In this document: in pieces, positions 43,786 through 51,715 of the stretch
Layout of the letters: each line of letters opens with the position of its first letter
How positions within the stretch are numbered: the stretch's first letter is position 1
Assembly: GCA_036274235.1 (NCBI GenBank)
Contig: DASUGC010000226.1
Coordinates: 1 to 57,251, forward strand
Source of the DNA: Vicinamibacterales bacterium
Lineage (GTDB): Bacteria; Acidobacteriota; Vicinamibacteria; Vicinamibacterales; SCN-69-37
Direction: 5' to 3'
DNA length: 57,251 nt
Program-made: the position numbers and the translations under genes
The notes under the pieces: generated by a model
What the model was told of the DNA's origin: nothing
The model's input: only the letters and a program-made list of their open reading frames with translations
Databases searched by the model: none

Positions 43786-45219
43786 ATGCGCTCGAGATTC
43801 GCCGCTGCGTCAATTGTCCTTGTTGCGGCGGCGATTTCGTCGCCGCGCGCCGCCGGTCCCACCGATTGGCCGCAGTTCCGCGGCCCTGCGTCCGCGGGCA
43901 TGGCGGACCAGTTCGCGCTCCCGGCGACCTGGTCCAGGACGGACAACGTCGCGTGGGTCAGCACGATTCCCGGCCGCGGCTGGTCATCGCCCATCGTCTG
44001 GGGCGACCGCGCGTACATCACCTCCGCGGTCAATGCCGGCGCGTTCAAGGAGCCGTCCACCGGCATCTTCGGCAACGACTACGCGGCCGAGCTGCAGCGC
44101 CAGGGGCTGTCGAACGAAGAAATCCTGAAGCGCGTGACCGCGCGCGACATTGAGCTCACCGGCGAAGCCGAAGACGTGCGATTCATGCTGTACGCGGTCG
44201 ATGTGAAGACCGGCAAGATCGCGTGGGAGCGTGAGGCGCACCACGGCAAGCCCTTCGGCGGCCGCCACCGGAAGAACACGTACGCGTCGGAAACGGCGGC
44301 GACGGACGGCGAGCGCATCTACGCGTCCTTTGGGGCGAACGTCGGGCTCTTCTGCTATTCGATGGATGGCCAGTTGCTGTGGAAGCGCGAATGGCCGCCG
44401 CAGCCGGTCTATCTGGACTTCGGGACGGCCGCGTCGCCCGTGGTGCATCGCGGACGCGTGTACATCCTCCGGGACAGCGAAGGCGATTCGTTCCTCACCG
44501 CGCTGGATGCCAGGACCGGGGCCGTGATCTGGTCCACGACACGCAACACGCTCGAGGGCCGGCAGAAATCGGGTTGGGCCACGCCATTCATCTGGGAGAC
44601 ACCGGGGCGCACCGAAATTGTGACCATCGGGAAGTCGATGGTCGTCAGCTACGATCTCGACGGTCACGAGCTCTGGCGGCTGAAAGGCATGACGCAGGCG
44701 ACGCCGACGCCAATCACCGGTGGAGGCTTGCTCTATGTCGGATCCGGCGCGCAGACGGATGCCGCGCGGCCGATGTACGCGATCCGCCCGGGCGCCAGCG
44801 GTGACATCTCCCTGGCCGCCGGCGCCACATCGAGCGAGCACGTCGCATGGTTCCAGCCCAAGCTCTCCGCGTACATTCCGTCGCCGCTGTTCTATCGCGG
44901 CCGGCTGTACGTCGTGAATGACAACGGCATCATGCAGGTGGTGGACGCGGCGGACGGCACGGAGATCTACCGCGCGCGCGTCGGCGGCGTGGGAAATACG
45001 TTCTCCAGCTCACCGTTCGCCAGCAATGGCCGCGTATACATCCTCAGCGAGGACGGCGATACCTTCGTCTTCGACGCCGGGACGGACGCGTACGTGGAGC
45101 GCGCGAAGAACAGCCTGGGCGAAATGAGCCTGGCGACGCCCGCGCCGGTTGGAAACGGCCTGCTGATCCGCACCCAGACGAAGCTCTACCGCGTGCAGGC
45201 GCGGACCGCTCCGGAATGA
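43786..45219 (+). CDS. PQQ-like (BamB-type) beta-propeller repeat protein, secreted
   Basis: Signal peptide followed by TDWPQFRGP. It has repeated W..…G motifs typical of PQQ-like propellers. 477 aa. Confidence 0.8.
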   Translation: MRSRFAAASIVLVAAAISSPRAAGPTDWPQFRGPASAGMADQFALPATWSRTDNVAWVSTIPGRGWSSPIVWGDRAYITSAVNAGAFKEPSTGIFGNDYAAELQRQGLSNEEILKRVTARDIELTGEAEDVRFMLYAVDVKTGKIAWEREAHHGKPFGGRHRKNTYASETAATDGERIYASFGANVGLFCYSMDGQLLWKREWPPQPVYLDFGTAASPVVHRGRVYILRDSEGDSFLTALDARTGAVIWSTTRNTLEGRQKSGWATPFIWETPGRTEIVTIGKSMVVSYDLDGHELWRLKGMTQATPTPITGGGLLYVGSGAQTDAARPMYAIRPGASGDISLAAGATSSEHVAWFQPKLSAYIPSPLFYRGRLYVVNDNGIMQVVDAADGTEIYRARVGGVGNTFSSSPFASNGRVYILSEDGDTFVFDAGTDAYVERAKNSLGEMSLATPAPVGNGLLIRTQTKLYRVQARTAPE

Positions 45220-47165
45220 TTTCGCGCATCCGCCGCGCGATGCTCGCGGCCGTCGTCGGCGCGCTGGCCGCGGCCCTCAGTCTGGTTGCCGCTTACATCA
45301 TTCATCCGGGCCTGGTCTTTGAGATGGACCGGCCGCTGCCGTCGTTCATCCAGGGCATCTACGGCCAGGAAGCCGACGCACAGGGAACGTACTCGTGGAC
45401 ATCGGCCCACGTGTCGGCCGAGTTTCCCGGCCTGGATCGACAGGTCGGCTGGGCGTGCACGATCCGCTTCCGGGGGCCGCGGCCGGCGGGTGAGCCGACC
45501 CCGACGCTCGACGTGCGCGTGGATGGCCGTCCGGCCGCACACGTGACGGCGACCCCTGAGTATCAGGATCTCGGCGTCATGCTGCCGCCGCAGGCCAACG
45601 CGACAGGCGCCTCGATCCTCATGGACATCGCGCCGGCGTTCACGCCCGGCACCGCCGACACGCGAGTCCTGGGCGTGCAGCTCGATCGCTTTCTCTGCCG
45701 TCCAGCCTCCTCGATTGTCCGGCCGCCGTCCGACACGCTGTCGCAGGCCACGCTGGCCGCCGCGATTTTCTCGGCCGGCCTGGCGCTTCTGGGATTGTCG
45801 CTGAGCAGCGCGATGTTTGCGGCCGCGGCAATCGGCCTGGGCCAGACCTTGATGATGGTGATGGGCTCCGGGATGTACGGTGACTATCCCGCCAGGCTCC
45901 CGTGGCTCGCGCTGGGCGTCGTGGGGCCGGCATTTCTGGTAGCGCGGGTCATCGAACGCTGGCGGCACGAGCCGCTGTCTTCGACAGCGCGCTTCGTCGT
46001 CGCCTGCTGTGCCGCCGTGCTGTTCCTCAAGCTGGCAGGCCTCTACCATCCCGCGAAGCCGGTCATCGACGCCGACTTCAACGCCCATCGCCTGGAATGG
46101 GTGCTCGCCGGGCGGTTCTTCTTCACGCAGCCGCTGCCCAATGGCGTGGCGATGCCATACGCGATCGGGTTCTACATTTTCTCGGCGCCCTGGGGCTGGC
46201 TGTTCGGCGCGACCAAGGCGGTCGTCTGGACCGTTGCGGCCAGCATGGACGTGGTGGCGGGCGCGTTGCTGTACCCGGTGATCCTGAAAGCCTGGGGCGA
46301 CCGGCGCGCCGCCGCGGCGGCCGCCGTGTTCTTTCAACTCGTTCCCGCGCCGTTCGTCACGCTCGGCAACGCGAACCTGCCGAACATGTTCGGCCAGGCG
46401 ATGGCGCTCATGGCGATGCTGGCGGCCGTGGCGTGGCGATTGGATGCGCGACGGTTCCCGCGGTTGGCCGGCTTCACCATCCTGGCGGCCTGGGCGCTCT
46501 GCGCGCATGTCAGCACCGTCACGATCTTTACGGCCACCATCGGCGTGCTCATCGTGCTGTATTTCTGGCGCGGCGACCCTGATCGCCGCCGTGCCGCAGG
46601 GGCGATGGCGCTGGGGGTTGCGGCCGCCCTGGCCTTCGCCTGGTTTGCCTACTATCAGCACTGGCTGGACGTGTTCCGATCCGCGTTTTCGCTGATGTTC
46701 CGTCCGCCCACGCCGGAAGAGGCCGCGGCGGCGGCCGTCGTCAAAGGCAACATGACGCTGGCGCAGCGAGTCGCGGATCTGGCGACCCAGGCCGTGAATG
46801 CGGCGGGCTGGCCGCTCCTGATCCTGTCGGCGATCGGCATCTGGAGCCTGGTCCGGCGGCGCGAGCGCGGGCGGCTGGAATCGGCGCTGATGGCGTGGGC
46901 GATCGTGTGGATCGTGTTCTCGGCGTCGACTGTGTTCGCCCGCGTCGATCAAGCGTACGTGCGCTACTCGGCGGAATTCCTGGGCCGCATCAACCTGGCG
47001 ACCGTCCCGCTCATCGCCATTCTCGCCGCTCGCGGCGCGGCGTCAGGCTGGGAGGCCGAGACCCCGGCCGGCCTGCGGCGTCCGTTGCAGACCGTCGCGG
47101 CTGTGCTCTGCGTCTGGGCGCTTCTCGTCGCGATGTGGGCGTGGATGGGGTGGTTTACACGCTGA
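45216..47165 (+). CDS. Large polytopic membrane protein (GT-C-like glycosyltransferase candidate)
   Basis: 649 aa with an ATGA overlap to the propeller gene. It has an N-terminal TM segment, an extracytoplasmic domain of about 170 aa, then 10 or more TM segments. The family call is speculative. Confidence 0.6.
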   Translation: MISRIRRAMLAAVVGALAAALSLVAAYIIHPGLVFEMDRPLPSFIQGIYGQEADAQGTYSWTSAHVSAEFPGLDRQVGWACTIRFRGPRPAGEPTPTLDVRVDGRPAAHVTATPEYQDLGVMLPPQANATGASILMDIAPAFTPGTADTRVLGVQLDRFLCRPASSIVRPPSDTLSQATLAAAIFSAGLALLGLSLSSAMFAAAAIGLGQTLMMVMGSGMYGDYPARLPWLALGVVGPAFLVARVIERWRHEPLSSTARFVVACCAAVLFLKLAGLYHPAKPVIDADFNAHRLEWVLAGRFFFTQPLPNGVAMPYAIGFYIFSAPWGWLFGATKAVVWTVAASMDVVAGALLYPVILKAWGDRRAAAAAAVFFQLVPAPFVTLGNANLPNMFGQAMALMAMLAAVAWRLDARRFPRLAGFTILAAWALCAHVSTVTIFTATIGVLIVLYFWRGDPDRRRAAGAMALGVAAALAFAWFAYYQHWLDVFRSAFSLMFRPPTPEEAAAAAVVKGNMTLAQRVADLATQAVNAAGWPLLILSAIGIWSLVRRRERGRLESALMAWAIVWIVFSASTVFARVDQAYVRYSAEFLGRINLATVPLIAILAARGAASGWEAETPAGLRRPLQTVAAVLCVWALLVAMWAWMGWFTR

Positions 47166-47171
47166 GCGGTC

Positions 47172-47222
47172 GATGGAGCGCGGGGTCTTCAGACCCCGGG
47201 TCTAAAGACCCGGGGCTCCATC
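47172..47222. terminator. Compound bidirectional terminator with mutually exclusive inner hairpins
   Basis: The outer stem pairs GATGGAGC with GCTCCATC. Inner hairpin A is CGGGGTC-TTCA-GACCCCG (47181-47198). Inner hairpin B is CCCCGGGTC-TAAA-GACCCGGGG (47194-47215). The two share 47194-47198. Confidence 0.6.
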
Positions 47223-48123
47223 ACTTCTTGATGAATCGTCCTGTCCGCAGCTCGTCGTAAGCCTGCTGCAACTCGGCTTCCGTGTTCATCACGATCGGGC
47301 CGTACCACGCCACCGGTTCCTGCAGAGGTTTACCTGACACCAGCAGGAATCGCATACCGCGGTCGCCGGCCTGCACCACGATTTCATCGCCGCGGTCGAA
47401 CAGCACGAGCGAACGGTCGCCGGCTTCGGTGAGCTCTGCGATGCTGGTGCCGTCGGTGCGTTCGGTCATGACGGGTTGCGGTCCGGACGCGCCGCGAAAC
47501 GTACCGCTGCCTTCAAAGACGTACGCGAACGCCGATCGCGAGACTTCGACCGGCATGTGCTTGCGCACGCCGGCCGGCACGAAGACGTCGAGATACCGTG
47601 GGTCGGCGGCAATCCCTTCGACGGGGCCGCGTTTGCCCCAGAAGTCTCCGACAATCACCCGCACCCGCGTGCCGTCGTCGTCCGTGATTTCCGGAATCGC
47701 GTCGGACGTGACGTCCTGATAGCGCGGAGCCGTCATCTTGAGCGCGCTCGGCAGGTTCGCCCAGAGCTGAAAGCCGTGCATGCGTCCGGTCGGGTCGCCC
47801 TTCGGCATTTCCTGATGCATGATGCCGCGACCGGCGGTCATCCACTGGATGTCGCCGGCGCCCAGCGTGCCCGTGTTACCAAGGCTGTCGCCATGGCTCA
47901 CGGATCCCGCGAGCACGTACGTGATGGTTTCAATGCCGCGGTGCGGATGCCAGGGAAAGCCCTTGAGGTAATCTTCGGGCCGCTCGTTGCGGAAGTCATC
48001 GAGCAACAGGAACGGATCGAATTCTTCCGTCCCGCCAAATCCAAACGCGCGCCGCAAGCGGACGCCTGCGCCCTCGACTGCCGGCTGCGAGCTTGTGACA
48101 CGGCGAACGGGTCTGATGGACAT
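47221..48123 (-). CDS. Pirin family protein
   Basis: ATG at 48123 (MSIRPVRRV…). WHPHRGIETITYVLAGSVSHGDS is the bicupin metal site. About 300 aa. Confidence 0.9.
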   Translation of the reverse strand: MSIRPVRRVTSSQPAVEGAGVRLRRAFGFGGTEEFDPFLLLDDFRNERPEDYLKGFPWHPHRGIETITYVLAGSVSHGDSLGNTGTLGAGDIQWMTAGRGIMHQEMPKGDPTGRMHGFQLWANLPSALKMTAPRYQDVTSDAIPEITDDDGTRVRVIVGDFWGKRGPVEGIAADPRYLDVFVPAGVRKHMPVEVSRSAFAYVFEGSGTFRGASGPQPVMTERTDGTSIAELTEAGDRSLVLFDRGDEIVVQAGDRGMRFLLVSGKPLQEPVAWYGPIVMNTEAELQQAYDELRTGRFIKK

Positions 48124-48361
48124 TATCCAGATAGAGTAACGCCAAGGGCTATGGTCTGGAGCAGCCACGACGCGGTTTCAGAGTGCGACGAAATTCGGGT
48201 GATAGCCGGATGACAGGACAGAGGCCGCAGGGCGCCTCAAGGCGACTTGACGAATGCGGCGAGCGAACGAGCGCCAGCGGGTGAGCCACGAGAGCGGCGC
48301 GCGACTTGCTTGCGAGCATTTCGCAAGAGCCAAGCCGCACGAGCGAGCGTGTGAGGGGGGT

Positions 48362-48380
48362 TGGGGGACGAAGTCCCCCA
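48362..48380 (+). other. Hairpin 10 nt upstream of the MpaB-like start
   Basis: TGGGGGAC GAA GTCCCCCA: an 8-bp stem with a 3-nt loop. Confidence 0.4.
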
Positions 48381-48389
48381 AGTGATCAA

Positions 48390-49163
48390 ATGATCGGTCG
48401 TCGCATCAATGCCGAGCGGCTCGTGCTTTTGGGCTGGTCGCGCGCGATTCTGCTGCAGATGGCGCACCCGTTGATCGCGGCCGGGGTCGTCGATCACAGT
48501 CATTTTCGATCCGGAGCGCGGGAGGCGGCGCTGCGGCTGCGCGGGACGATTCGAGCCATGCTCGCGCTGGCCTTCGGCGATCCGGTGGCGTACGCCAAGT
48601 CAATTGCGGGCATCCGATCGATCCATACGCGCGTGCATGGCCGGCTGCGGCAGCCGGCCGGCGTGTTTCCCGCCGGCACGCTCTATTCGGCGGAGGACCC
48701 CGCGCTGGTCCTGTGGGTGCACGCGACATTCCTCGAATCGGCCGTGCTGGTGTACGAGCGGCTGATTGCGCCCGTCACCGACGCCGATCGCGATCGGTAC
48801 TGCGATGAAGGCGCCGGTGTGGCCATCGCGCTCGGCGCGCGCACGCACGACGTGCCCCGCGACTGGCGCAGTCTCCAGGCCTATCTGGCGGCCGAATACG
48901 CGTCTGGCCGGATTGCGGTCGGCGAGGACGCCCATCTCATCGCCAATGCCGTCATGTTTCCGCCGATGTCGCCCGTCACCGGCGTGCCCGCCTGGATCAA
49001 TCGGGTGATCACGGTCGGATTGCTGCCGGAACCCATCCGCGACCAGTACCGCTACCGCTGGGACGCTCGCCGCGCGCGGCAGTTCGAGCGGACCGTGCGC
49101 TCCCTGCACGCGATGCGGGTTGTACTGCCTCGGGCGCTTGCCTGGTGGCCCGAGGCTCGCTAG
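48390..49163 (+). CDS. Oxygenase MpaB family / DUF2236 protein
   Basis: ATG at 48390 (MIGRRINAERLVLLGWSRAILLQMAHPLIAAGV…), the typical DUF2236 N-terminal region. Confidence 0.7.
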   Translation: MIGRRINAERLVLLGWSRAILLQMAHPLIAAGVVDHSHFRSGAREAALRLRGTIRAMLALAFGDPVAYAKSIAGIRSIHTRVHGRLRQPAGVFPAGTLYSAEDPALVLWVHATFLESAVLVYERLIAPVTDADRDRYCDEGAGVAIALGARTHDVPRDWRSLQAYLAAEYASGRIAVGEDAHLIANAVMFPPMSPVTGVPAWINRVITVGLLPEPIRDQYRYRWDARRARQFERTVRSLHAMRVVLPRALAWWPEAR

Positions 49164-49180
49164 GGAAGATCTCTCTTGTC

Positions 49181-49208
49181 GGTCCAAAGGTCCACGGTCC
49201 AAAGGTCC
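49181..49208. repeat. GGTCCAAAGGTCC-type repeats (reverse complement of the units at 1-49)
   Basis: GGTCCAAAGGTCCACGGTCCAAAGGTCC, with GGTCC spaced 9, 7 and 9 nt apart. Confidence 0.85.
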
Positions 49209-49210
49209 CC

Positions 49211-49234
49211 GCGCGCGAGCAGGCGCCCGCGCGC
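49211..49234 (+). terminator. GC hairpin between two repeat arrays
   Basis: GCGCGCG (49211-17) pairs with CGCGCGC (49228-34) around a 10-nt loop, about 50 nt after the stop at 49163. Confidence 0.4.
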
Positions 49235-49241
49235 CGTGTCG

Positions 49242-49286
49242 GTCGTACCCGTCGTACCTGTCGTACCTGTCCGTACTTGTCCTACG
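49242..49286. repeat. 9-bp tandem repeat GTCGTACCN (reverse complement of the array at 1483-1527)
   Basis: Units are GTCGTACCC GTCGTACCT GTCGTACCT GTCCGTACT TGTCCTACG. Confidence 0.9.
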
Positions 49287-49378
49287 CGTCGCAACCTGTC
49301 TACGATTCACGGAATGCGTGCACCGTGCTCCGCCATGTGTCGGGACGCCGCGTCCGCGATTGAGCGGTCGCGCGGACG

Positions 49379-51652
49379 ATGATTCAGCCGGGCTCGCAAA
49401 TCGGTCCGTACGCGATCCTGCGGGTGCTCGGGCAGGGCGGCATGGCGACCGTGTATCTGGCTGACGACGCCAAGCATGGCCGGAAGGTCGCGATCAAAGT
49501 GATGCGGCCGGAAGCCGTCGCGGCCATCGGCGCGGAGCGGTTCACGCGCGAGATCGAAACCGTCGCGCGGCTGTCGCACCCGCACATCCTGCCGCTGTAC
49601 GACTCCGGGTCCGCCGACGGCCAGCTGTTTTTCGTCATGCCGTACGTCGAAGGCGATTCGTTGCGGGCGCGGATCGATCGCGAACGGCAACTGCCGATTG
49701 ACGACGCCCTGGACATCGCGCGGGCGGTCGCCGGCGCCCTGGGCCATGCGCACCAGCAGGGCCTGGTGCATCGCGACGTGAAGCCGGAGAACGTGCTGCT
49801 GTCGGACGGCATCGCGCTGGTGGCCGACTTCGGCGTCGCGCGCGCCGCCGGGCGGACGATCGAATCGCACGCGGAAACGCAGGCCGGTTTCCAGGCCCTG
49901 ACCCGGCAGGGCATTGTCCTCGGCACGCCGAAGTACATGGCGCCGGAACAGGCATTCGGCGACCAGCCCGTGGATGGCCGCGCCGATCTGTACGCGCTGG
50001 GCTGTGTCCTGTATGAAATGCTGGCCGGCCAGCCGCCGTTCACCGGGCCGACGGTGCAGGCCCTGCTGCTGCGACATGCGCACGATCCGGTGCCGCCGAT
50101 CACCAGCCTCCGGCCGGGGGTGCCCGAGTCCATTCGCCACATCATTGAAAAACTACTGGCCAAATCGCCGGCCGATCGGTTTGCCACCGCGGCGGAATGC
50201 ATCGAGGCCCTGGCGGCCGCGCGATCGGCCGGCACCGGAGCCATCGCGGCGCCGCTGTCCTCTGGCGTCACCGTCGCCGTGTTGCCGTTCGAAAATCTCA
50301 GCGGCGCGGCGGAGGACGAGCTCGGCGACGGCATCTGCGACGAGCTGATCCACATGCTGGGACGGATCGACGGCGTCCGCGTCATCGCGCGCGGATCGTC
50401 GTTCCTGTTCCGTGAGCGCCGCGCGGACATCCGCACCATTGGCGCCCAGCTCAACGTCGGGCTCATCGTGGACGGCACGGTGCGGCGATCCGGCAAGCGG
50501 CTGCGGTTGACGGCGCAGCTGATCAACGTGGCCGACGGCTTCCAGATCTGGTCGGAACGCTACGACCGCGAAGTGGAGGACGTCTTTGCCCTCGAGGACG
50601 ACATCGCCGGCGCCATCGCGGAGGTGCTGCGCGTGAAGCTGTCGCCGGGCAGCCGCGCGCCGGCCGCCAGCTTCGAGGCCTACGAGCGCTATCTCTCCGG
50701 CGTGCATCACTGGAACCGCCGCACGCCACAGGATCTCGAGCGCGCGCTCGAACACCTGCGCGCGGCCTTGCAGCTCGATCCCGCCTTTGCGCCGGCCTGG
50801 GGCGCGACGGGGCTCTGCTACGTCACGCTGAACATCTACGGCGTGCGATCGCCGGACGAAGTCATCGGCCTGGCCCGTGAAGCCGTCGATCGCGCGCTGG
50901 TGCTGGACCGCGGCCAGATCGGGGCTCTGACCGCGCGGGCGGCCATGCGATCGATCTACGACTGGGATCCGGTCTCCGCCGAGCGCGACTTCAAGGACGC
51001 CATGGCCCGCGAGCCGTCCGACGCGGTCGCGCGCCAGTGGTACGCGATCAATCTGCTCGCGCCAATCGGCCGGCTGGACGAGGCCCGCGCGGCGCTCGCC
51101 CGCGCGCGCGCGCTGGATCCGTTGTCGCCGTCGATCATGCTGAGCTCGGGCCTGGTCGCGTACATCGTCGGCGACCTCGAGGGCGCGATCGCGCAGTACG
51201 AGCGCGCGCTGTCGCTCGATCCGGCGTTCAGCACCGCGCGGTATTTCATGGGCCCGGCCCTTGCCAGTCTCGGCCGGTTCGACGACGCGATTCGCGAGCT
51301 GGAAGTCGCGGCGTCGCTCATGGGACACAGCCCCGAGGTCCGAGCGGCCCTGGCCGTCGTGTGCGCGAACGCGGGCCAGCGCGATCGGGCGCAGGCCCTG
51401 CTGGCGGGACTCGAGACCGCGTCAGCGGCGCAGTATGTGTCACCCGCGCAGCTGGCGCAGGTGCGCGTGGCGCTGGGGGATCTGGACGGCGCGGTCAAGG
51501 ATCTGGAACGCGCGATCGACACGCGCGCGGTGGAAGTGATGTGGATGGAGCAGCGGCCGACGTTCGCCCCGCTCAGGCGCGATCCGCGCTTTGCGCGGCT
51601 GATCGCGCGCAGAGACGCGGCGCGGCAGCTGAGTTCAGCGACGAGCGCGTAG
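49379..51652 (+). CDS. Ser/Thr protein kinase with C-terminal TolB-N-like and TPR region
   Basis: GQGGMATVY, AIKV, HRDVKPENVLL, DFGVAR and MAPEQ. The C-terminal approximately 350 aa are TPR-like. Confidence 0.9.
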   Translation: MIQPGSQIGPYAILRVLGQGGMATVYLADDAKHGRKVAIKVMRPEAVAAIGAERFTREIETVARLSHPHILPLYDSGSADGQLFFVMPYVEGDSLRARIDRERQLPIDDALDIARAVAGALGHAHQQGLVHRDVKPENVLLSDGIALVADFGVARAAGRTIESHAETQAGFQALTRQGIVLGTPKYMAPEQAFGDQPVDGRADLYALGCVLYEMLAGQPPFTGPTVQALLLRHAHDPVPPITSLRPGVPESIRHIIEKLLAKSPADRFATAAECIEALAAARSAGTGAIAAPLSSGVTVAVLPFENLSGAAEDELGDGICDELIHMLGRIDGVRVIARGSSFLFRERRADIRTIGAQLNVGLIVDGTVRRSGKRLRLTAQLINVADGFQIWSERYDREVEDVFALEDDIAGAIAEVLRVKLSPGSRAPAASFEAYERYLSGVHHWNRRTPQDLERALEHLRAALQLDPAFAPAWGATGLCYVTLNIYGVRSPDEVIGLAREAVDRALVLDRGQIGALTARAAMRSIYDWDPVSAERDFKDAMAREPSDAVARQWYAINLLAPIGRLDEARAALARARALDPLSPSIMLSSGLVAYIVGDLEGAIAQYERALSLDPAFSTARYFMGPALASLGRFDDAIRELEVAASLMGHSPEVRAALAVVCANAGQRDRAQALLAGLETASAAQYVSPAQLAQVRVALGDLDGAVKDLERAIDTRAVEVMWMEQRPTFAPLRRDPRFARLIARRDAARQLSSATSA

Positions 51653-51661
51653 CGCCGAAAC

Positions 51662-51682
51662 GCGGCCGCCAACGGCGGCCGC
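51662..51682. terminator. Bidirectional terminator hairpin
   Basis: GCGGCCGCC AAC GGCGGCCGC: a 9-bp stem between the convergent stops at 51652 and 51716. Confidence 0.55.
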
Positions 51683-51715
51683 CAGACCCAACCGCCTGCA
51701 CGGCTCTGCACGGCG

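Noticed and set aside
43118-43813. A 231-aa minus-strand ORF overlapping the DinB-family gene.
   Set aside because: It is antisense to a gene with a clear His-triad DinB/YfiT signature, and its translation has no motifs.
48242-48355. Two possible ~60-bp direct repeats (both starting GCGACTTG) in the pirin / MpaB divergent spacer.
   Set aside because: Similarity beyond the 8-nt seed is weak by eye and I could not align them convincingly. The stretch is mentioned only as a degenerate GAGCG/ACGAG-rich region.
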